A DNA stretch of 64,000 nt. It comes from an uncultured Solirubrobacterales bacterium (lineage in GTDB: Bacteria > Actinomycetota > Thermoleophilia > Solirubrobacterales > 70-9). The translations under genes were made by a program, and so were the position numbers. Each line of letters starts with the position of its first letter. The stretch's first letter is position 1. Where the stretch lies: NCBI GenBank assembly GCA_963705635.1, contig CAVPKH010000001.1, positions 594,395-658,394 on the forward strand, read 5' to 3'. The notes beneath the pieces were generated by a model. It did no database searches. It saw only the letters and a list, made by a program, of their open reading frames with translations, and was not told the DNA's origin. This document shows, piece by piece, positions 10,464 through 19,915 of this stretch.

Positions 10464-11354
10464 TCAGGCGGAGCGCTGAGCCTGACGCTCAGGTGAAATC
10501 CGCACCACGTTCCTGGCAAGCCCGAGCTTCTCCATCGTGCCGATTATCAGGGCCGATAGGTCGATCTCACTGCGCCGCAGACCGTGCACGGCGGAGCGTG
10601 GAAAGGCGTGATGGTTGTGATGCCAGGACTCTCCCAGGGAGGGCAGGGCCAGCCAGAAGACATTGGTGGACCTGTCCTCGGTGTCGAAGCGTCGCGTGCC
10701 GATGAAATGGCATACCGAGTTGACGCTCCAGGTGACATGGTGGACGAAGAAGATTCGCACCAGCCCACCCCAGAGCAGACCGGTTGCAGCCCCGGCGAGC
10801 GTGCCGCTGACGGCGAAACCGGCAAGGGCGGGAATTGCCAGGCTGACGAGCACGAGCGCGACGAAGCGGCGGGAGATCGCGCGCATGCCCCCGTCCTCGT
10901 AGAGGTCCGGCGCGTAGCGCTTCCAGTCGGCCCGGCCCTGGGTGGACATCAGCCAGCCCGAGTGGGCGTGCCACAGTCCCGCGACCACGCCGCGCAGGCC
11001 GCCGTCGTGGCCGACGTGGGGACTGTGGGGGTCGCCCTCCTCGTCGGTGTGGGCATGGTGCTTGCGGTGGTCGGCGACCCAGGAGATCACCGGGCCCTGG
11101 ACCGCCATCGAGCCGAGCACGGCGAAGGTGTATTCGAGCGGCTTGGAGGTCTGGAAGGAGCGGTGGGTGAGCAACCGGTGGAAGCCAACGGTGATCCCCA
11201 CCGCGGTCAACAGGTACATGACGGCGGCGATGACGAGGTCGCTGGCGCTGACCAGGCTGTTCCAGAGCAGCGCGATCGCCGCCAGCGTGGCGAGGAAGGG
11301 GAAGACGACGGCGCCGAGGTTGGCGACCTTCTCGACTTTGGTCATTTCGCCCAT
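10464..11354 (-). CDS. Acyl-CoA (stearoyl-CoA type) fatty acid desaturase
   Basis: Track ORF 10464..11405(-). His boxes: HRLLTH, HRKHHAHTD, HNHHAFP. Start set at ATG 11354; 11345 is also possible, and the track start is TTG. Confidence 0.85.
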   Translation of the reverse strand: MGEMTKVEKVANLGAVVFPFLATLAAIALLWNSLVSASDLVIAAVMYLLTAVGITVGFHRLLTHRSFQTSKPLEYTFAVLGSMAVQGPVISWVADHRKHHAHTDEEGDPHSPHVGHDGGLRGVVAGLWHAHSGWLMSTQGRADWKRYAPDLYEDGGMRAISRRFVALVLVSLAIPALAGFAVSGTLAGAATGLLWGGLVRIFFVHHVTWSVNSVCHFIGTRRFDTEDRSTNVFWLALPSLGESWHHNHHAFPRSAVHGLRRSEIDLSALIIGTMEKLGLARNVVRISPERQAQRSA

Positions 11355-11377
11355 CCGGGAACAAGTTACGCTGCCTT

Positions 11378-11429
11378 TCTCAGTAAGAATTAGACTCGTA
11401 GTCAATTCATGGATCTATTTCTTATGAGA
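11378..11429. promoter_or_regulatory. AT-rich divergent promoter/operator region with an inverted repeat
   Basis: tctcagtaagaa ... ttcttatgaga lies between the desaturase (-) and PucR regulator (+) starts. This is the most AT-rich stretch I saw in the window. Confidence 0.35.
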
Positions 11430-11432
11430 TAA

Positions 11433-12626
11433 ATGACAACTTCTCTCGATTTGGAGCCCTGGCGGGGGCTGCCCGCCACGGTCGCCGACCTGATCGAGCC
11501 CGAGCTGGACGCCGTGATCGAGGAGGTCCTCGAGACGATCGCCCGCGAGGTGCCCGAGTACGCGCGCCCGCTGGAGGGGAAATTCGGCCGCGGCATCCGC
11601 ACCGGAGTCGGCGAGGCCCTGGGCCAGTTCGTCGCTCTGATCCGCGACCCCGATGCGGGCCGCGGGCTGGGGCGCGAGGTCTACGTCAGCCTTGGCCGCG
11701 GCGAGCTGCGCCAGGGACGGACGCTGGACTCGCTGCAGGCGGCCTACCGGGTTGGCGCCCGCGTCGCCTGGCGCCGCTTTGCCCGCGCGGGGCGGCGGGC
11801 AAAGCTCGAGTCGGAGGTGCTGAGCCTGCTCGCGGAGGCGATCTTCGCCTACATCGACGAGCTCTCGGCCGATTCGGTCGAGGGCTACGCCGAGGCTCGC
11901 TCAGAGGACGAGGACCTGCGCCGCTCCCGCCGGCGGGAGCTTGTCCTGCTGATGATGCGAGAGCAAGCCGCCGAGGCGGCCGACCTGCGCGCCGCCGCCC
12001 AGGCGGCCGGCTGGAGGGTCCCGCGCAGCGTCGCCCCACTTGCCTGCGCCGAGGCCGAGCTGTCGCGGCTGGCCCGCCGCCTTCCCGTCGACGCCCTGGT
12101 GTCGCAGGTAGACGAGCTCGGCTGCGTGCTGCTGCCCGACCCCGGCGGGCCCGGGCGCGCGAGCGCCATCGAGCGCGCCATCGTGGGCAGGCCGGCGGCG
12201 CTCGGCCCGGCCGGCGCCCCGGAGGCTCTGGGGGAATCATGGGCGCTGGCCAAATCCACTCTGCGCGCGCTGGAGGCCGGCGCCCTGCGGTCGGCTGGCC
12301 TCGTCCAGGCCGAGGACCACCTGGCCGACCTGCTGCTCTTCGAGGGCAGCGGGCTTGCCGGCAGGATCGGCGCCCGCAGGCTTGCCCCCTTCGATTCACT
12401 GACCCCGAAGGCGCGCGAGCGGATGCTGGAGACGGCGCTCTCCTACGTCCGCCACCGTGGCAACTCGGTTGAGATGGCCGCGGCCCTGCACCTCCACCCG
12501 CAGACGGTGCGCTACAGGATCGCCCGCCTGCGCGAGCTGCTCGGCGATCAGCTCAACGACCCCGACGCTCGCTTCGAGCTCGAGGTGTCGCTTCGCTCTG
12601 CGGCGCTCAATCGGCAGTCGAGCTGA
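11433..12626 (+). CDS. PucR/CdaR family transcriptional regulator
   Basis: Track ORF of 397 aa with a C-terminal PucR-type HTH (NSVEMAAALHLHPQTVRYRIARLRELLG). Confidence 0.8.
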   Translation: MTTSLDLEPWRGLPATVADLIEPELDAVIEEVLETIAREVPEYARPLEGKFGRGIRTGVGEALGQFVALIRDPDAGRGLGREVYVSLGRGELRQGRTLDSLQAAYRVGARVAWRRFARAGRRAKLESEVLSLLAEAIFAYIDELSADSVEGYAEARSEDEDLRRSRRRELVLLMMREQAAEAADLRAAAQAAGWRVPRSVAPLACAEAELSRLARRLPVDALVSQVDELGCVLLPDPGGPGRASAIERAIVGRPAALGPAGAPEALGESWALAKSTLRALEAGALRSAGLVQAEDHLADLLLFEGSGLAGRIGARRLAPFDSLTPKARERMLETALSYVRHRGNSVEMAAALHLHPQTVRYRIARLRELLGDQLNDPDARFELEVSLRSAALNRQSS

Positions 12627-12669
12627 GCTGCATCAAGTTTCTCTCGCGGGAGAAGGGCTTGATGCGGCG

Positions 12670-13305
12670 CTACTGGGAGTCGGAGCGGCGGCTGCGGGGC
12701 AGGGTGCGGAAGACGACGTCCCAGAGCGGCGAGGAGACGCCGTAGCCGAAGCGGTGATCCTGGAAGTGGTGGCGCATGTGCTGCTCGCGCAGGCGCTTGC
12801 CGAGGCCGGACTTGGGCACGAAGTGGTGCACGTAGTAGTGCGTGTAGTCGTAGGCGAGGTAGCCGGCGATGAAGCCAGCGAAGAGCGGGTATGCGGCTGG
12901 GGTTCCGAACAGCAGCGTGAAGGCGCCGAAGAAGAGGGCGGCGAGCGGGATCGCCACTGCCGGCGGCATCACCAAGCGCAGCTTGTCGTTGGGGTGATCG
13001 TGGTGGATGCCGTGGATGATGAAGTGCATGCGGCGGCCGAAGGCGTTGTCGGGCTGCCAGTGGAAGACGAGCCGGTGCAGCCAGTACTCGGTCAGGGTCC
13101 AGATCGCGATCCCGCCGAGGCTGAGGCCGATCAGCTGCCAGGCGTTGTAGCCACGGTCGATTCCGAGCCACTCCATCGCGACGACCACGGGCACGAAGAC
13201 GATCGCGGGAATCGAGGGATGCACCCGCGAGAAGAAGTTGAGGAAGTCGCTCTCGAACAGCTGGGGGGAAGCCGCGAGCTTGTCGGTCCGGCTGGGGGAG
13301 TCCAT
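12670..13305 (-). CDS. Fatty acid hydroxylase superfamily (sterol desaturase-like) membrane protein
   Basis: Track ORF of 211 aa. His motifs: HRLVFH, HGIHHDH, HYYVHH, HMRHH. Confidence 0.8.
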   Translation of the reverse strand: MDSPSRTDKLAASPQLFESDFLNFFSRVHPSIPAIVFVPVVVAMEWLGIDRGYNAWQLIGLSLGGIAIWTLTEYWLHRLVFHWQPDNAFGRRMHFIIHGIHHDHPNDKLRLVMPPAVAIPLAALFFGAFTLLFGTPAAYPLFAGFIAGYLAYDYTHYYVHHFVPKSGLGKRLREQHMRHHFQDHRFGYGVSSPLWDVVFRTLPRSRRSDSQ

Positions 13306-13442
13306 CAGGGCCGAATGGTAGCGGCGGCCTCTCCCGGCTTCCGCAAGACGCGGGGAACCTGTGACGAGACTGTGTCAAAGACGTTGCGCTTTGCGGAAAT
13401 GATGCTCACGAAAGCGTCACGGGCTTGCCAGTATGCGCCGCC

Positions 13443-13631
13443 GTGCCCCGCAAGCCAAAGCCGCCGACATGCGACGACTGTTACTTCCGCAAGAACCTGC
13501 TCTGCTCGCTTGAGCTTGACGAGCCCTGCGCGACGTTCCGGCCGAATCGCCCCGAGGGCCTCGTCCCTCCGAAGCAGCCGGTCCTGCTGATGCGACCGCC
13601 TCGTTGGGCGTCGCAGGCTCAGACCGCTTGA
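13443..13631 (+). CDS. Hypothetical small four-cysteine protein
   Basis: Track ORF 13425..13631(+), with a TTG start; GTG 13443 is an alternative. It contains TCDDCYFRKNLLCSLELDEPCATF (C-x2-C-x7-C-x7-C), and third positions are mostly G/C. Confidence 0.35.
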   Translation: MPRKPKPPTCDDCYFRKNLLCSLELDEPCATFRPNRPEGLVPPKQPVLLMRPPRWASQAQTA

Positions 13632-13642
13632 CGTAGGCGCTC

Positions 13643-14056
13643 GGCCGCGGGTCCTGTCGTCGGGGTGGGGTGCCCCGCTTTGGGCTACGCGCTGCTCCGG
13701 GCGAAGGGACATCGCGCTCGAAGGGTCGAAGCCTTGCCCTTCACAGCCTTCGCCCGGCGCGGATCACCCCACCCCGACGCCACCCGCGGAGAGGACTTCC
13801 AGCAACTTGAGCTTGAGGCGCGGTCCCGTCGGGCGGCTTGAACCCAAGAAGCTCACCCGCAAGGTGGGAGGCATATTTCCCCTGACGCCACGCCTGAGTC
13901 ACGTCGCTCACTAGCGTTTTGAGCTTGGGAAGGGTTCAGTCGGGGACGTCGCTCGCGGGGGGTGGCGCGGGTTTTGGGGGACCACCCCGAGGAGGCGGCG
14001 CAGCCGCCCCCGCAGCGGGTGGTGGTTCCAAAACCCGTGACAGGACCCGCCGCGCC
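13643..14056. repeat. Region bounded by inverted copies of the GACAGGACCCGC motif (MITE-like candidate) upstream of hsp20
   Basis: 13643-13660 ggccgcgggtcctgtcgt is the reverse complement of the motif. 14037-14056 gtgacaggacccgccgcgcc is the forward copy. An internal long-range stem pairs cggggtggggtg with caccccaccccg. Confidence 0.4.
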
Positions 14057-14069
14057 CAGCGCTCAGGCT

Positions 14070-14486
14070 ATGTTTTCGACTATGCCCGAACGCGATCCGT
14101 TTGCGACCCTTGCCTGGGGCCGCGCTACCTATGTGACTCGACGCAGCCGGGGGTTCTCTCCCAACGTCGACGTCTATTACAGCGGTGACCCGCAGATGGC
14201 CGTGGTCAAGGTCGATCTCGCCGGGGTGAGCTTGGCCGAGGTGGGGATCGAGGTTTCCGGACGGCAGTTGGCGATCGTCGGGGAACGGGCCGTGCAGGAG
14301 ACCGAGGGGCGGGTCTATCAGCAGGTCGAGATCCCCTCGGGGCCGTTCCGGCGCATCGTCGAGCTGCAGGTCGACGTCGACGCCGAGCGGGCCAAGGCGA
14401 CTTATGAGGACGGGGTGCTGCGGATCGAGCTGCCGCTGCGCGATCCGGCCGAAACCACCCGCCGGGTTCCGATCGGGAGGGACTAG
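14070..14486 (+). CDS. Hsp20/alpha-crystallin family small heat-shock protein
   Basis: Track ORF 13962..14486(+): VKVDLAGVSLAEVGIEVSGRQLAIVGER...ATYEDGVLRIELP. Start set at ATG 14070; 14082 is also possible. Confidence 0.85.
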   Translation: MFSTMPERDPFATLAWGRATYVTRRSRGFSPNVDVYYSGDPQMAVVKVDLAGVSLAEVGIEVSGRQLAIVGERAVQETEGRVYQQVEIPSGPFRRIVELQVDVDAERAKATYEDGVLRIELPLRDPAETTRRVPIGRD

Positions 14487-14535
14487 CAGTGCCGTTGCAG
14501 GCGAGCGCGCCCGGTTTGCACGAGGGGCGGCATTG

Positions 14536-16915
<2,380 letters not shown>

Positions 16916-16917
<2 letters not shown>

Positions 16918-17081
16918 GACGGTTGACACCTGAACCACGCACACCCGGATGACGCACGTGGCACTGCGCATCTCTGCGTCCTCGGGCTTGCCTTTGGCGC
17001 CACCAAAGGCCCCACCCTGCGTCCTTGATCTGCTCGGCCGCGCGCGCCCCCGGGCGCACGCGGCCCAGATGCCAACCGTCT
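16916..17081. repeat. Intergenic mosaic palindromic element (lon / GT39 spacer)
   Basis: Outer arms aagacggttg / caaccgtct abut the lon stop and the next ATG. It contains cacgcacacccggatgacgc (shared with 34.5 kb) and two copies of the ctgcgtcct block shared with the 19.1, 41.4, 55.3 and 59.6 kb elements. Confidence 0.6.
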
Positions 17082-17082
17082 G

Positions 17083-18624
17083 ATGGAGGCCGCTGGGGCG
17101 CTGGGCAGGGGCAGCTTGTCGACGTATCTGGAGGCGGTCGGCGAGGCGGTGCGGGCGCGTTCGCGCGCCTTCTGGATCGTCGCCGGACTGACCGTTCTCG
17201 CCGCCGCGATCCGCTTCGTCACCCTCGGCGCCCAGAGCTACCACCACGACGAGGTCGTGACCGCCAGCCGCATCCTGCCGAGCGGCTTCTGGCAGGCGAT
17301 GGATGCGGTCGGCTACAGCGAGTCGGCGCCGCCGCTCTACTACGCGCTGGCCTGGCTCTGGACCCAGCTGACCGGGACGGGGGAGTTCGGCCTGCGCTCG
17401 GTCTCGGCGCTGGCCGGCGTCGCCACGGTCCCGGTCGCCTACCTGCTCGGGGCCGAGCTGCGCGAGCGCCGCACCGGCCTCGTCGCGGCGGCGCTGGTCG
17501 CGGTCAACCCGATGCTGGTCTGGTACTCGCAGGAGGCGCGCGCCTACGCGCTCTTCGCGCTGCTGACCGCGCTCTCGCTGCTCTACTTCGCCCGGGCCCT
17601 GGATCGCGGTCGCCGCCGTGACTTCGTCGCCTGGGGGATCGCCTCGGCGCTGGCCCTCGCCACCCACTACTTCGCCGCCTTTCCGATCGCCGCCGAGGCG
17701 CTCTGGCTCCTGCATCGCCGCGGCAAGGCGACCGTCCCCGGCCTCGGCATCCTCGGCGCCGCCGGGCTGCTGCTGGCGCCGCTGGCGATCCACCAGATGT
17801 CGATTGGCCACGCTGAGTGGATCGGCAGCTTCAGCCTCGGCCACCGCCTCTGGGAGACGGGCCTCAGCTTCATGCTGGGGGAGACCGGCGACATCATCGC
17901 CCGACCCGAGCACCCGCTGCTGGCGGTCATCCCCTGCTTGCTCGGCCTCGCCGCGCTGGCCCTCGTCCTTCTCCGCGGCGATCGTCAGGAGCGCCGTGCG
18001 GCGGCGATCCCGCTCAGCCTGGCGGCGGTGACCGTCGTCGTCCCGGTCGCCCTCGGCCTGCTCGCCCCGGACAAGGACTTTGTCCTGGCCCGCAACCTGC
18101 TGCCGGCGCTGGTGCCCCTGCTCGTCGCCCTCGCGGTCGGCTTCACCCTGCGTCGCGGGCGCCGCAGCGGGGCGATCCTCGCCGCGGCGCTGGTTGCCTA
18201 CTCGCTCGGCTTCTCGGCCTGGGCCAGCCTCTCGCCGGCGCTGCAACGGCCCGACTGGCAGGCGGCGAGCTCGGCCCTGGGCGAACCGACGGTGCCCCGC
18301 GCGATGGTGACCTGGACCCTCGGCGAGGCCTCGTTGCGCTACTACCTCGAGACCGGCGCTTTCCAGGTCCAGCCCTCCGACGGCTTCGACTGGCTGGTCG
18401 GCGAAGTCGACTTCATCTCCGACGGCCCGGCCCCGCCACCGCCCCGGCGCCTGCTGGGCCCTGCCTTCCGCCAGGTCGGCTACGAGCAGGTCGGCCGCCT
18501 GTACCTGCGTCGCTACGCCGTCCCCGGACCGAGCCTGGCGCGGCTGCGCCTGGGGATCGTTCGCGACGCCAGGCTTGGTTTCCGATCGAACGGGGTACTC
18601 CTCGATGGCATCGGCCCGCGGTGA
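17083..18624 (+). CDS. Polytopic membrane glycosyltransferase, GT39/ArnT-like
   Basis: Track ORF of 513 aa with many TM helices and an N-terminal pattern (SYHHDEVVTAS, APPLYYALAWLW, NPMLVWYSQEARAY) typical of dolichyl/undecaprenyl-phosphate-sugar transferases. Confidence 0.65.
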   Translation: MEAAGALGRGSLSTYLEAVGEAVRARSRAFWIVAGLTVLAAAIRFVTLGAQSYHHDEVVTASRILPSGFWQAMDAVGYSESAPPLYYALAWLWTQLTGTGEFGLRSVSALAGVATVPVAYLLGAELRERRTGLVAAALVAVNPMLVWYSQEARAYALFALLTALSLLYFARALDRGRRRDFVAWGIASALALATHYFAAFPIAAEALWLLHRRGKATVPGLGILGAAGLLLAPLAIHQMSIGHAEWIGSFSLGHRLWETGLSFMLGETGDIIARPEHPLLAVIPCLLGLAALALVLLRGDRQERRAAAIPLSLAAVTVVVPVALGLLAPDKDFVLARNLLPALVPLLVALAVGFTLRRGRRSGAILAAALVAYSLGFSAWASLSPALQRPDWQAASSALGEPTVPRAMVTWTLGEASLRYYLETGAFQVQPSDGFDWLVGEVDFISDGPAPPPPRRLLGPAFRQVGYEQVGRLYLRRYAVPGPSLARLRLGIVRDARLGFRSNGVLLDGIGPR

Positions 18625-18682
18625 CGAAAAATGATTTCGGAGTTATCCTGACCGCCACCCAGGAATCGAGCGAGGAGAAGGC

Positions 18683-19108
18683 ATGAGCAAGACAAAGGCG
18701 ACCCAGGCCGCCGACATATATGCGACCGCACGCGAGAATCCCTACGTGCAGCGCCTGATCGAGGACGAAGAGCTGCGCGACAGCCTCAAGAACGCCTTCG
18801 AGGCAGCGCGTGGCGCCTACGGCCGGGCGACCAGCAACGGCAGCACGGTCAAGGCGGTTACGAGCGACAAGAAGGTCCAGCGCGACCTGCGTACCGCGGC
18901 TGAGAGCCTGCGCGACGCCAGCGAGCAGCTGCGGGCGCCGAAGAAGCGCAAGAAGAGCCGGCTCGGTCGCCTCGTCCTGCTTGCCTTGGTGGGAGCCGTG
19001 GTCGCCCTCGTCGTCAGCGAGGACGCCCGCAAGACCGTGCTCGACGCTCTTTTCGGCGCCGAGGAGGAGTTCGAGTACACCAGCACCACTTCGATCAACG
19101 GCTCCTGA
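18683..19108 (+). CDS. Hypothetical protein with one C-terminal TM helix
   Basis: Track ORF of 141 aa. Codon usage is coding-like, with gaggagaagg upstream of the ATG. Confidence 0.6.
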   Translation: MSKTKATQAADIYATARENPYVQRLIEDEELRDSLKNAFEAARGAYGRATSNGSTVKAVTSDKKVQRDLRTAAESLRDASEQLRAPKKRKKSRLGRLVLLALVGAVVALVVSEDARKTVLDALFGAEEEFEYTSTTSINGS

Positions 19109-19206
19109 CCGGGTCAAGGCGTCGCCACGCGGCGTCCTCGGTCGCTCGCGTGCGGAGCACGCCACGTTTCCTGCGTCCTTGCCTGGCGACGCCTTGACCC
19201 GGTCAG
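19105..19206. repeat. Intergenic palindromic element, best exemplar of the conserved-core family
   Basis: Perfect 22-nt arms ctgaccgggtcaaggcgtcgcc / ggcgacgccttgacccggtcag; the left arm includes the upstream TGA. The core carries gcggcgtcctcggtcg, the hairpin gcgtgc-gga-gcacgc, and ttcctgcgtccttgcc. Confidence 0.7.
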
Positions 19207-19222
19207 CCGGTAATAGACTGAT

Positions 19223-19834
19223 TTGATGGAGGCGGCAACCAAGGAACGCGAGCTGAGCGGTGAGAAGGCTCAACGCATCGTCGACGCGATGCGGGTCAGC
19301 GTCGCCAAGCGCGGCGCCGCCGGCTCGACCTTCGAGCACGTAGCCCGCGAGGCGGGCGTCAGCCGCGGCCTCCTCCACTACTACTTCGGGACCAAGGAGC
19401 GGCTGCTGGTCGAGGTGGTGCGGCGCGACGCCGAGATCAGGGTCGCCCGCCTCGACGATCCGCTGGGCAAAGCGCAGACGGTCGACGACGTGATCGACGT
19501 CCTGCTCGCCAACCTCAAGGACATGATCGAGAACGAGCCCGCCTTCTTCCTGCTCCTCTACGAGCTCTTCAGCGCCGGCCGCCGCAACCCCGAGATCCAG
19601 CACGAGGTCGGCCAGCTCTTCGAGCGCACCCGCTCCCACGTCGCCGAGGTGCTGAGGTCGAAGGAGCGCGAGGGCGTGCTCAGCCTCCGCCACGACGCCG
19701 AGTCGATCGTCTCCTACCTCTTCGCGATCGCCGACGGCTTCGCCCTGCAGGCGCTCTCCGACGCCGAGCGGGACATCAGCGGCGGCCTTGCCGTCGCCGC
19801 GGCGTCGGGGCGCTACCTGCTCACCGACGAGTAG
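19223..19834 (+). CDS. TetR family transcriptional regulator
   Basis: Track ORF of 203 aa with HTH FEHVAREAGVSRGLLHYYFGTKERLL. It lies directly upstream of the MMPL gene. Confidence 0.88.
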   Translation: MMEAATKERELSGEKAQRIVDAMRVSVAKRGAAGSTFEHVAREAGVSRGLLHYYFGTKERLLVEVVRRDAEIRVARLDDPLGKAQTVDDVIDVLLANLKDMIENEPAFFLLLYELFSAGRRNPEIQHEVGQLFERTRSHVAEVLRSKEREGVLSLRHDAESIVSYLFAIADGFALQALSDAERDISGGLAVAAASGRYLLTDE

Positions 19835-19915
19835 CGCTCGCAGCCCTCCGGGCTTTGCGAGTGATCGGACTCACAGACGGCCGGCCGTCGCTTCGTAAGG
19901 CTGGCTAACCAGCCA

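Noticed and set aside
13305-13712. Track ORF of 135 aa on the minus strand overlapping the small Cys-ORF.
   Set aside because: It has off-frame-type composition and no motifs, and it overlaps a frame with better third-position G/C bias on the other strand.
13800-14070. HAIR (CTTGAGT-N7-ACTCAAG) or CIRCE (TTAGCACTC-N9-GAGTGCTAA) heat-shock operators upstream of hsp20 and lon.
   Set aside because: Only fragments such as cttgagc and ctgagtc are present. I found no inverted partner at the correct spacing, so I cannot support an operator call.
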